Shown here piece by piece: positions 28,271-36,349 of a DNA stretch of 64,000 nucleotides. The notes under the pieces are model-generated. The model was not told the DNA's origin, ran no database searches, and saw nothing but the letters and a program-made list of their open reading frames with translations. The translations under genes were made by a program, and so were the position numbers. Every line of letters starts with the position of its first letter. Position 1 is the first letter of the stretch. The stretch is from a virus, in the IMG/VR virus record IMGVR_UViG_3300032561_000012, positions 20,543 through 84,542 of that record, one strand, 5' to 3'.

Positions 28271-30043
28271 TTGTTTAAAATCAAATATCTAACTGTTAAA
28301 AACTTTATGAGTGTAGGTAACGCTACACAGGCTGTTAACTTTGACCGCAGAGACTTAACCTTAGTCTTAGGTGAAAACGTTGACCTAGGTGGTGATGACA
28401 CAGGTGCACGTAATGGTACAGGTAAAACTACTATTATCAACGCACTGAGTTATGCTCTATACGGACAAGCACTGACTAACATTCGTAAAGACAATCTAGT
28501 TAATAAAACCAATCAAAAGGCCATGCTGGTTACTATTGACTTTGAAGTTAATGGTGTTGAATATAGAATTGAGCGTGGTCGCAAATCTAATGTACTTAAA
28601 TTCTATATTGGTGATCAAGAACAAGAAGCCAAGGACGATAACAGTCAAGGTGACAGCAGAGAAACACAGCAAGAAATAGAACGTTTATTAGGCATGAGTC
28701 ACGAGATGTTCAAGCACGTGGTTGCATTGAACACCTACACTGAGCCATTTTTAGCACTAAAATCAAATGATCAACGTGCTATCATCGAACAACTGCTAGG
28801 TATTACCTTATTGAGTGAAAAAGCAGAAGCACTCAAAGAGCAAAGTAAGGCCACAAGGGACGCCATTCAGCAGGAAGAAGCCAACATCAAAGCTGTGTCT
28901 GATGCTAATAAACGTATTGAAGAGCAGATTGAAGCGGCACAGCGTCGTCAGATGCTATGGTTAACTAAACACAAAGATGATGTTCGTAAACTACAAGAAG
29001 CACTTGACGAATTGCAAAAACTAGATATCGATGCAGAGATTCAAGCACATAAAGAACTGTCAGCGTACAATCAAAAAAGCAAAGACATTGCTGATTTAAA
29101 CACTGCTATTCAACGATCTACACAGGATCTACAGCGCGAAGTCAAAGGCATTGCTAACTTAACCAGTGATATAGAAACTCTTCGTGATCACAAGTGTAAT
29201 ACCTGCGGTCAGGATCTGCATGATGAAAAACATGCAGAATTGTTGTCTATCAAAGAAAGCAAACTACGTGATGCTGAGTTACAACAGAATACACATGCTA
29301 GTCAATTAGAAGAACTAATTGCAGCCAAAGCATCTATAGGTGAGCTAGGTGTTAAACCTACCACATTCTATGATACTGAAGCAGATGCTATTCAACATCG
29401 TAGCAGTGTTGCTGGATTACAGCAACAGTTAGCTGCTAAGTCAAAAGAAGAAGATCCTTATACAGAGCAGATTGCAGACATGAAAACCACTGCCCTGGCT
29501 GAGATTGACTATTCTATGATGAATGAACTGACTCGCCTTAAAGAACATCAAGAGTTCTTACACAAACTATTAACTAACAAAGATTCTTATATACGTAAAC
29601 GTATTATTGATCAAAATTTAAGCTACCTAAACGCAAGATTAAGTCAATACCTAGATCGTATTGGTTTACCGCATACTGTGGTGTTTATGAACGACCTAAG
29701 CGTTAATATTACAGAACTAGGTCGTGAACTAGACTTTGATAACCTAAGTCGTGGTGAACGCAATAGACTTATCCTTAGCTTGTCGTGGGCATTCCGTGAT
29801 GTATGGGAAAGTTTATATCAACCAATTAACTTGTTGTTTATTGATGAATTAGTAGACAGCGGCATGGATGCATCAGGTGTAGAAAATGCCTTGGCTATTC
29901 TTAAAAAGATGTCGCGTGATGCACACAAATCAATTTGGTTAGTAAGTCATAGAGATGAACTAGGCGGGCGTGTAAACAACATCCTTACAGTGGTAAAAGA
30001 AAATGGCTTTACCAGTTATAACACTGATGTTGAGATTGCATAG
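28271..30043 (+). CDS. gp46: Recombination ATPase subunit (Rad50/SbcC-like)
   Basis: Walker A NGTGKTT, coiled coil with CNTC zinc hook, LSRGE signature and Walker B LLFIDE. Confidence 0.92.
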   Translation: MFKIKYLTVKNFMSVGNATQAVNFDRRDLTLVLGENVDLGGDDTGARNGTGKTTIINALSYALYGQALTNIRKDNLVNKTNQKAMLVTIDFEVNGVEYRIERGRKSNVLKFYIGDQEQEAKDDNSQGDSRETQQEIERLLGMSHEMFKHVVALNTYTEPFLALKSNDQRAIIEQLLGITLLSEKAEALKEQSKATRDAIQQEEANIKAVSDANKRIEEQIEAAQRRQMLWLTKHKDDVRKLQEALDELQKLDIDAEIQAHKELSAYNQKSKDIADLNTAIQRSTQDLQREVKGIANLTSDIETLRDHKCNTCGQDLHDEKHAELLSIKESKLRDAELQQNTHASQLEELIAAKASIGELGVKPTTFYDTEADAIQHRSSVAGLQQQLAAKSKEEDPYTEQIADMKTTALAEIDYSMMNELTRLKEHQEFLHKLLTNKDSYIRKRIIDQNLSYLNARLSQYLDRIGLPHTVVFMNDLSVNITELGRELDFDNLSRGERNRLILSLSWAFRDVWESLYQPINLLFIDELVDSGMDASGVENALAILKKMSRDAHKSIWLVSHRDELGGRVNNILTVVKENGFTSYNTDVEIA

Positions 30044-31056
30044 TGAAATTAGCAACATGGCATTGGCACATTGAAATATCTAGCAAGTGTACACTTAAGT
30101 GTCCGCGATGTGCTCGCACAGAAGTGCCTGACACATTAGTAAACACAGAATTAAGTTTAGACTTTTTTAAAAAGAACTTTACACCAGAGTTTATACAGAA
30201 AAACGTAGAAAAGATTACATTCTGCGGTGATGACGGTGATCCTATATATGCACACGACCTAATTCCAGTCATTCGTTATATTAAAAGTGTTAAACCTGTT
30301 AAAATTGTTATAGTTACCAATGGTAGCTATAAGAAAACTGAATGGTGGCAACAATTAGGACTTGCTTTAGATGCTGATGATCATGTACACTTTAGTTTAG
30401 ACGGGTGGGATCAAGCCAGCAACGAACAGTATAGAGTAAACAGTGATTGGTCTAGCATCATAGCTGGTATTACTGCTTTTAATTTTACCACACAAGCATA
30501 TACTACCTGGGATGCTATCGCATTTAGTTTTAATCAAGATCGTTTAGACTACATGCAAGAACTAGCACGTACACTAGAATTTGATCAGTTTCAATTGACT
30601 CGCAGTACTAAATTTAACAAAGTCTACACTGTATATCCAGAAGGCGACCCATTACAGCCTAGAAATGAGTTGATCAGCAGTAACTACAGGTTTCAACGAG
30701 AAATTATTAATCTTTCTGGGCGTAAAGAATCCACAGTAGGCTACGAAACTAATTTAAACCTCTATCAATCAGCTGAGGAAATAAATGGAGTTAAAGCACT
30801 GTGTGGGATTGGGGCCAAAGGACTGTTTATCAACAGTCAAGGACATTTCTTTCCTTGCTGTTGGGTAGCAAATAGATATTCACACAATAATGAGTGGTTA
30901 GACTTAGCAAAAAGTTTTAATTTAAATGAAAAACCACTAGATATTGTGTTACAAGATTCATTCTGGGACAAAAAATTTGAAAATTTTTCCTGGACTGAGT
31001 GCAAGACTAAATGTAATATATCAGTAGTAAATCAACAATACGCAACCGAATGGTAA
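30043..31056 (+). CDS. Radical SAM protein with C-terminal SPASM/twitch-like Cys cluster
   Basis: CTLKCPRC motif; C-terminal C...PCC...CKTKC. Confidence 0.85.
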   Translation: MKLATWHWHIEISSKCTLKCPRCARTEVPDTLVNTELSLDFFKKNFTPEFIQKNVEKITFCGDDGDPIYAHDLIPVIRYIKSVKPVKIVIVTNGSYKKTEWWQQLGLALDADDHVHFSLDGWDQASNEQYRVNSDWSSIIAGITAFNFTTQAYTTWDAIAFSFNQDRLDYMQELARTLEFDQFQLTRSTKFNKVYTVYPEGDPLQPRNELISSNYRFQREIINLSGRKESTVGYETNLNLYQSAEEINGVKALCGIGAKGLFINSQGHFFPCCWVANRYSHNNEWLDLAKSFNLNEKPLDIVLQDSFWDKKFENFSWTECKTKCNISVVNQQYATEW

Positions 31057-31066
31057 GGAGAATTGC

Positions 31067-31243
31067 ATGGCAGATAAACCACACCCAAGTAAACGACACA
31101 ATAACCCAATGCAGTATAAGAGTGGTAAGGCCAGATTAGGTCCATTGAATGTCAAACAGCTTTCAGAATTGTTAAATAAAACACAACGTAAGAAAGATAA
31201 AGCAAAAATTACGAGAGAACTTGCTCGTAGACAAGCAGTATAA
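31067..31243 (+). CDS. Small basic hypothetical protein, 58 aa (not in ORF track)
   Basis: AAGGAG RBS; MADKPHPSKRHNNPMQYKSGKARLGPLNVKQLSELLNKTQRKKDKAKITRELARRQAV*. Confidence 0.7.
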   Translation: MADKPHPSKRHNNPMQYKSGKARLGPLNVKQLSELLNKTQRKKDKAKITRELARRQAV

Positions 31244-31263
31244 TTTTTAAAAAGGAAAAGAAA

Positions 31264-31443
31264 ATGGCAACATTACATGAACAAATTTTAGAAGCAATTG
31301 AAACATACAAAGCAGAATCAGAAAAGTTTGACGGTAAGGGTGTTAAAGCCGCTGCCGCACGTGCTCGTGGTGCATTAGGTGACTTAGGCAAACTAGCCAA
31401 AGCTCGTCGTGCAGAAATCCAAGAGAAGAAAAACAGTTTATAA
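31264..31443 (+). CDS. Histone H1-like Hc1-family protein, 59 aa (not in ORF track)
   Basis: AAGGA RBS; MATLHEQILEAIETYKAESEKFDGKGVKAAAARARGALGDLGKLAKARRAEIQEKKNSL has the KF..KG.KAA..RAR..L pattern of the Hc1 family. Confidence 0.8.
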   Translation: MATLHEQILEAIETYKAESEKFDGKGVKAAAARARGALGDLGKLAKARRAEIQEKKNSL

Positions 31444-32148
31444 TTGAAAAAGATTTTATACATCAACGGAGACAGTTATTCTGCACCAACTGAGTATGGG
31501 ATGTATGGCAATGTTTTATCACATCAATATAATATTGGGTTAGTAAACAAAGCTGTCATTGGTAGTTCAAACCACAGAATAATTCGATCTACTCTAGAAG
31601 ATTGTATAAAATTTAAAAGACAAAATATAAACGTATATGTGATCATTGGCTTATCATTTTTCACACGTGAAGAAATATGGGCTAACACAGATAATGAATT
31701 TGTTAAAAGACTTAACGAATGCCCTGAAGGAAAATTTGTTACTTTAGACTCAGTTCGTAAAGAAGATTTAACTATTTTTGATAAACGACGATTAGTTGAT
31801 TTAAATATTAATGTGCAGGTTGTACAATTACTTGTTAATATTTTTATGTTAACTAACACATTAACTTTATTAAATATTCCTCATTTTATTTTTTCTGCGG
31901 CGCATAATCAGCCCAACAGTGAATTAAAATGGGGATATTTAAATCAATTAGAAGTTTATCAAGATATTAAAAAAAGAAAGAATATTTTAGATATTTTTAA
32001 TTTCAGTATCCCAACCTGGGCTAAAGAAAATAATGTAGATACTTCTGATACTGGGCATTTAGTGAGTATTGGCACACATAAAATATTTGCTGATTATCTC
32101 TATGATAATCATCTATCAAAATTAAATTGGGACATCAATGATGTATGA
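31444..32148 (+). CDS. SGNH/GDSL-like hypothetical protein
   Basis: NGDSYS near the N-terminus, GSSN, and DTGH near the C-terminus; very AT-rich. Confidence 0.55.
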   Translation: MKKILYINGDSYSAPTEYGMYGNVLSHQYNIGLVNKAVIGSSNHRIIRSTLEDCIKFKRQNINVYVIIGLSFFTREEIWANTDNEFVKRLNECPEGKFVTLDSVRKEDLTIFDKRRLVDLNINVQVVQLLVNIFMLTNTLTLLNIPHFIFSAAHNQPNSELKWGYLNQLEVYQDIKKRKNILDIFNFSIPTWAKENNVDTSDTGHLVSIGTHKIFADYLYDNHLSKLNWDINDV

Positions 32149-32572
32149 ATATCCGTGGACTTACAATGGAAAAATATTTGAGTCTGAGGATATCAACAAC
32201 TATTATGGCTTTATATATAGGATAACTAATACTGTTAACGGGCATGATTATGTTGGCAGAAAATACTTCAAAACCATCAAAAAGAGACCACCTCTAAAAG
32301 GCAAGAAAAACAAACGTAGGGAAACAGTTGAAACTGATTGGAAAACTTACTGGGGCAGTAGTCCTAGACTCCAAGCAGATATAGACAAACTAGGCCGGGA
32401 CAAGTTCACACGTGAAATCATACATCTATGTGAGTCACGTGGCGAAACTAATTACTTGGAAGCCTATTATCAGTTTAAGGAAAATGTATTGTTACGTGAA
32501 AACAACTACAATGGCATTATTCAAGTTAGACTAGGTAAGAATTCCGTTAAAGATTTAAAGATTACAAAATAA
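32141..32572 (+). CDS. Minimal GIY-YIG endonuclease (Seg-like)
   Basis: GFIYRITN...YVGRK, YWGSS, conserved E and YN; no C-terminal DNA-binding extension. Confidence 0.85.
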   Translation: MYEYPWTYNGKIFESEDINNYYGFIYRITNTVNGHDYVGRKYFKTIKKRPPLKGKKNKRRETVETDWKTYWGSSPRLQADIDKLGRDKFTREIIHLCESRGETNYLEAYYQFKENVLLRENNYNGIIQVRLGKNSVKDLKITK

Positions 32573-33018
32573 CAGCCCTTTTGCAGATTAAGTTCTGTGT
32601 CATGAGGAGATGGTGCTCGCGTAATGGCCGCACTTGGAACGTCTAGAGTAGACTAGACACATGACGGCACGGCAATCAATTAGGTGTAAAAACCAAAAGA
32701 TTCAGGCTCTGAAACAACTCAACCTGAGAGCAAAACAACAGTTGGCTAACTACGGCTGTTTGAGCTACCGCCAGAGAAATCTAGAGTAGGGAGTACAGGC
32801 TGACCGCTTCCGTGCTGATGATAGCAATCTCTTTTAGTTAGTGTGCGAGTAGGACTCAGATAAAGCTCTCGTTGCAATTTGCCTGTAATAGGTAAATTGT
32901 GACTGAAGGATCTAGATAAAGCATTTAAGAACGTACAATAGTTCAATATATCTTAGATTAAAGAGATTAGAAGAAAAAGCATTGAGCGCAAGCGAAAATG
33001 CAGATGTCGTAGACATCT
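32573..33018 (+). ncRNA. Putative large structured non-coding RNA of unknown class
   Basis: About 450 nt with no credible ORF in a gene-dense genome. Many nested stems, several needing G-U pairs on the + strand. Confidence 0.5.
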
Positions 33019-33194
33019 TAAAAGAATGGAAACTTACTCTTTTTAGTTGTTTCTAAGTTATCTTTGATTATCTCACCAATAATGTCTCTTTCTGATTTAC
33101 TTAACAGCATAGATTCATCATAGCTAAGACCACCACGCATGTACCAACACATTCTTAAGGCGTCTTCTTTAAAGGCTCTTACCTCTTTGTCCAT
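33018..33194 (-). CDS. gp51: Baseplate hub assembly protein gp51-like (not in ORF track); frame open upstream to the slippery site
   Basis: MDKEVRAFKEDALRMCWYMRGGLSYDESMLLSKSERDIIGEIIKDNLETTKKSKFPFF*, directly downstream of the gp26-like gene. Confidence 0.7.
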   Translation of the reverse strand: MDKEVRAFKEDALRMCWYMRGGLSYDESMLLSKSERDIIGEIIKDNLETTKKSKFPFF

Positions 33195-33232
33195 CTTTTC
33201 TAACTGCTGGACAATTTCTTCGTTACTTAGAG

Positions 33233-34081
33233 CTAAGAGCCTAGACCGAAAAAATTTGCGTAGTCAAACGTAACTTCTGTTTTATATTCATGCTGACATT
33301 CGTCACAGACATTATCATATGGTTTAAGACCAGCAGTACTGGCAATCTCAGCTAGTTTTTCCTGTACTTTGCGTACCGTTGCACTGCTGGTGCTAGAATA
33401 AAACTCTCTAATAAACCCGCTGTCAACTACCTTGGTTCCATCACTCATTAGAATATATTCTGTGCTGGCTGTTAGGTTGTCTAGATTTAATTCAATTAGT
33501 TCTTCTGTAATGGCCTTAAGGTTAGCATCACGGTCTTCTTTGCTGATTTCATTTTCGCCTTGAGCTAGAACATTTAAAATACGTTGTTCTTTATATGTGA
33601 TGCTGTTGGCGTTGTTGACTGCAAAATAGTTCTGTGGTTTAAGTTTGATAGTCAAATCAGGTTCTTGAATCAAATTATCAAAGTTTGGCATGGTGATTTG
33701 ATCCAGGGCCGCGTTAAGATTAACAGTATGATCATTAGTGTGTTTGCACTTAGGACAACTGGTATTGATGTCCATATCACTGCCATAACTGGCAATACGT
33801 ATAGCAATCAAACAAGCATCAACGTCTACACTAGGCATAGCCCACGGGTCTTGAATACTAGGAATACAGCTTTTGACTACTTCTACAATGGCTGATCCGT
33901 TGATTAAACTATCTGGTGTACGCAGGGTAATTTCATCTTTGGTAGTCATAGGGTACACAGGCAGTTCACCTGTAGCACTGAGTGTTAGTGCGCCCTCAGG
34001 CCAATATTTGCCCTTACTAGGTAACTTTAAAAAGATCGCAGGTTGGCGAAAATGCTTGGCTAAAGGATTAGTTTGATTCAT
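33233..34081 (-). CDS. gp26: Baseplate hub subunit/tail assembly chaperone, gp26-like
   Basis: LPSKG, PMTTKDE, DACLIAIRIASYG, two CxxC motifs and a terminal NFF. Start taken as ATG 34081. Confidence 0.8.
   Translation of the reverse strand: MNQTNPLAKHFRQPAIFLKLPSKGKYWPEGALTLSATGELPVYPMTTKDEITLRTPDSLINGSAIVEVVKSCIPSIQDPWAMPSVDVDACLIAIRIASYGSDMDINTSCPKCKHTNDHTVNLNAALDQITMPNFDNLIQEPDLTIKLKPQNYFAVNNANSITYKEQRILNVLAQGENEISKEDRDANLKAITEELIELNLDNLTASTEYILMSDGTKVVDSGFIREFYSSTSSATVRKVQEKLAEIASTAGLKPYDNVCDECQHEYKTEVTFDYANFFGLGS
33248..33257 (-). promoter_or_regulatory. Putative -1 ribosomal frameshift site (A AAT TTT TTC)
   Basis: Two overlapping X XXY YYZ heptamers in the gp26 frame; the -1 frame is open into the gp51-like ORF. 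Confidence 0.65.
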
Positions 34082-34095
34082 GGTGATTTTTTCCA

Positions 34096-34126
34096 ATAAA
34101 TATATGATATACTACGTAATATTTAG
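34096..34126. promoter_or_regulatory. Opposed late promoters (ATAAATA on + at 34096-34102; CTAAATA on - at 34120-34126)
   Basis: Both lie in the 70-nt gap between the divergent gp26 and tape measure genes. Confidence 0.55.
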
Positions 34127-34151
34127 CACCAATAAAGTGAGCATATAATAA

Positions 34152-36314
34152 ATGGATGAAGAAAAATTACTGGAGATGTTCCAGCGCCTGTTTGAAAAGA
34201 TGGGAGCTTCTGTGGACAACTGGTCAGAAGAACTAGACAAATCCACTAAAGGTCAAACTAAGCAAGAAAAATTAATTGACCGAATCACTAAACAGTTCAC
34301 TAAACTTAACTCAGATCTTGAAAAAGGTCGTAAAAAGATCATTGACCTTGGCCCTACTATCAAAGATCTTGATCAACAAATTGAAGATCTTGATGAAGGT
34401 GTAAAAAAATCTGAATTAGAAATAGAACGCCAACGTCTGGCCAACCAATTCCTCACAGCACAGTACAAAAAAGCCGCGGTACAACTAACATCAGCTATTG
34501 GCGATACACTGGTCAAGGGCATATTCAAAGGTACTAAAACACTAGTAAATGATCTGCAGAGCAACAGTAGTGGCATAGCACTAGCTGGCGATCTAATGAC
34601 GCAGGCTATAGATTCGTCACAAGCTGGCATGACCGCAGTAGGAAAAACAGGCGAAGCTCTTGGGTCTGGTATGGCACAGCTTGGTGGCAAAACAGGCAAA
34701 TTTGGTATAGCCTTATCTGCTGGGTCGGCCGCATTAGAATACTTTACAGCAGGTGTTGCTGAAGCTGCTAAAGCCGGCATTGACATGCTGGTTAAAGAAG
34801 TTGAAAAAACAGTCAAAGCATTTAATGACACAACAGCATCAGGCGCACTATTTGCACACGGCATGGATGATCTGCGTGCAAACGCATCACGTGCTGGTCT
34901 AACAGTTGAACAGTTTGGTGCAGTGATTAAAAATAACAATGCGGCTCTAGCAGAATCTGGTATGACAGTAGAAACAGCAGCCAGAGCTGTAGCTGATGTT
35001 ACTAGTAGATATGCTGTTCAAACAGGCAAAAGCGGATTAACCTTACAGCGTGAAATGCAAAACCTAGGTATTGGTTTCCAAGAACAAGCAGAAATCACAG
35101 CACAGGTTATTGCCAGTTATAAAAAAACAGGTGCGCAGGCTACTAACTCACAGGTAGCGGCAGCCACTGTTGAAATGGCTAAAAACATGAAAGCCATGTC
35201 AGACATCATGGGCGAAGAATACAAAGCACGACAAGATGCCGCTAAAAAACAAGCAGAGCAGTATGCATTCCAAGCTAAAGTTAACGAGATAGCTAGAAAA
35301 ACTAACGATCCTGGATTGGTAAATCGTGTAAATCAAGCATTGGGTGCGATGAGCGAAAGTAATCGTAGAGCGGCTATTCAAGCCACAGTATTAGGTGGTG
35401 CTGTTACTGACGTAGCAGCCAATCTAACAGGTGCCGCGGCTGCAGGGCAAGATTTTGGTAATGCACTGTTAAGTGGCAGAACAGATATTAAATCTTTAAC
35501 TGACGGTACTGCTAAACTCAATGATTCATTCCAAGCTGGCACTAGCGAAATGGGCGCAGCTATTAGCCGTGCTACTATTGCTACTGGTGACCTAGCAGAT
35601 GTGTCACAGGCCTATGATCAACAGCAACAAGATTCATTTAAAATGAATACCAAGAATAGAGACAAAGCACTATCAGATGCAGACAAACTATCAGCGGCAC
35701 ACGGTGGCCTACAAGAAGAGGTAATGGGCGCAGAAAAATCTGCACAAGATTTGAAGATGGCATTACAAAAAGAATTAACTCCCGCAATTAAGAGTTTTGC
35801 TAGTGTAGCCAATCAAATACTTGACGGAGTTAAGAAAACTCTAGCCAAAGCAGGCATAGGTAATCCAGGCGAAACAGGACGAGACTGGACAAAAATAGCA
35901 GAAGGTGCTGGATTAGCTATTGCAGGTGTAGTTGGTGGTATTGCAACATCATGGACTGGTGTTGGCGGAGTTGCTGGCGGTATTGCCGCAGAGCAAGGCG
36001 CATCAATGATGATGTCTGGGTGGAATGACCCAGTAGTCAAAAAAGCCGACGGGGGCATTGCAGATGGTCCTGTAAGCGGTTATGCGGCTCAATTACACGG
36101 CACAGAAGCAGTGGTACCACTACCAGACGGTAAAAATATTCCAGTAGAAGTTAAACAAAACACAATGGGCGGAATTGATCCTAAGATGATGTCAGACATG
36201 CTGCATGAACTGAAAAAAGGTCACGAAATGACCAAACACAGCATGGATGAATTAGTGCGACATGCTAGAACCACCGCTGGCTACTCATCACAATTAGTTC
36301 AACTAGCTAGTTAA
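34152..36314 (+). CDS. Tape measure protein-like
   Basis: 720 aa, Ala-rich and helical, with a Gly-rich hydrophobic segment and C-terminal ADGGI..GP.SGY...LHGTEAVVPLP motif; adjacent to gp26/gp51. Confidence 0.7.
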   Translation: MDEEKLLEMFQRLFEKMGASVDNWSEELDKSTKGQTKQEKLIDRITKQFTKLNSDLEKGRKKIIDLGPTIKDLDQQIEDLDEGVKKSELEIERQRLANQFLTAQYKKAAVQLTSAIGDTLVKGIFKGTKTLVNDLQSNSSGIALAGDLMTQAIDSSQAGMTAVGKTGEALGSGMAQLGGKTGKFGIALSAGSAALEYFTAGVAEAAKAGIDMLVKEVEKTVKAFNDTTASGALFAHGMDDLRANASRAGLTVEQFGAVIKNNNAALAESGMTVETAARAVADVTSRYAVQTGKSGLTLQREMQNLGIGFQEQAEITAQVIASYKKTGAQATNSQVAAATVEMAKNMKAMSDIMGEEYKARQDAAKKQAEQYAFQAKVNEIARKTNDPGLVNRVNQALGAMSESNRRAAIQATVLGGAVTDVAANLTGAAAAGQDFGNALLSGRTDIKSLTDGTAKLNDSFQAGTSEMGAAISRATIATGDLADVSQAYDQQQQDSFKMNTKNRDKALSDADKLSAAHGGLQEEVMGAEKSAQDLKMALQKELTPAIKSFASVANQILDGVKKTLAKAGIGNPGETGRDWTKIAEGAGLAIAGVVGGIATSWTGVGGVAGGIAAEQGASMMMSGWNDPVVKKADGGIADGPVSGYAAQLHGTEAVVPLPDGKNIPVEVKQNTMGGIDPKMMSDMLHELKKGHEMTKHSMDELVRHARTTAGYSSQLVQLAS

Positions 36315-36318
36315 GGCG

Positions 36319-36325
36319 ATAAATA
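36319..36325 (+). promoter_or_regulatory. Late promoter (ATAAATA) for portal
   Basis: Intergenic consensus match. Confidence 0.65.
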
Positions 36326-36349
36326 CTGTATCTTTAAAGAGAGCATAAT

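Noticed and set aside
32141-32572. Calling the GIY-YIG gene a mobile homing element
   Set aside because: No flanking intron or intein and no NUMOD/HTH specificity domain; mobility cannot be supported from this sequence alone.
32746-32946. 66-aa minus-strand ORF in the structured region
   Set aside because: Non-ATG start, no RBS and no recognisable features; RNA structure explains the region better.
32573-33018. Group I/II intron, RNase P RNA, tmRNA or tRNA
   Set aside because: It does not interrupt a gene, and I could not find group I P7/S consensus, group II domain V, RNase P GGAAAGUC, or tRNA-like T-loop/CCA ends by eye.
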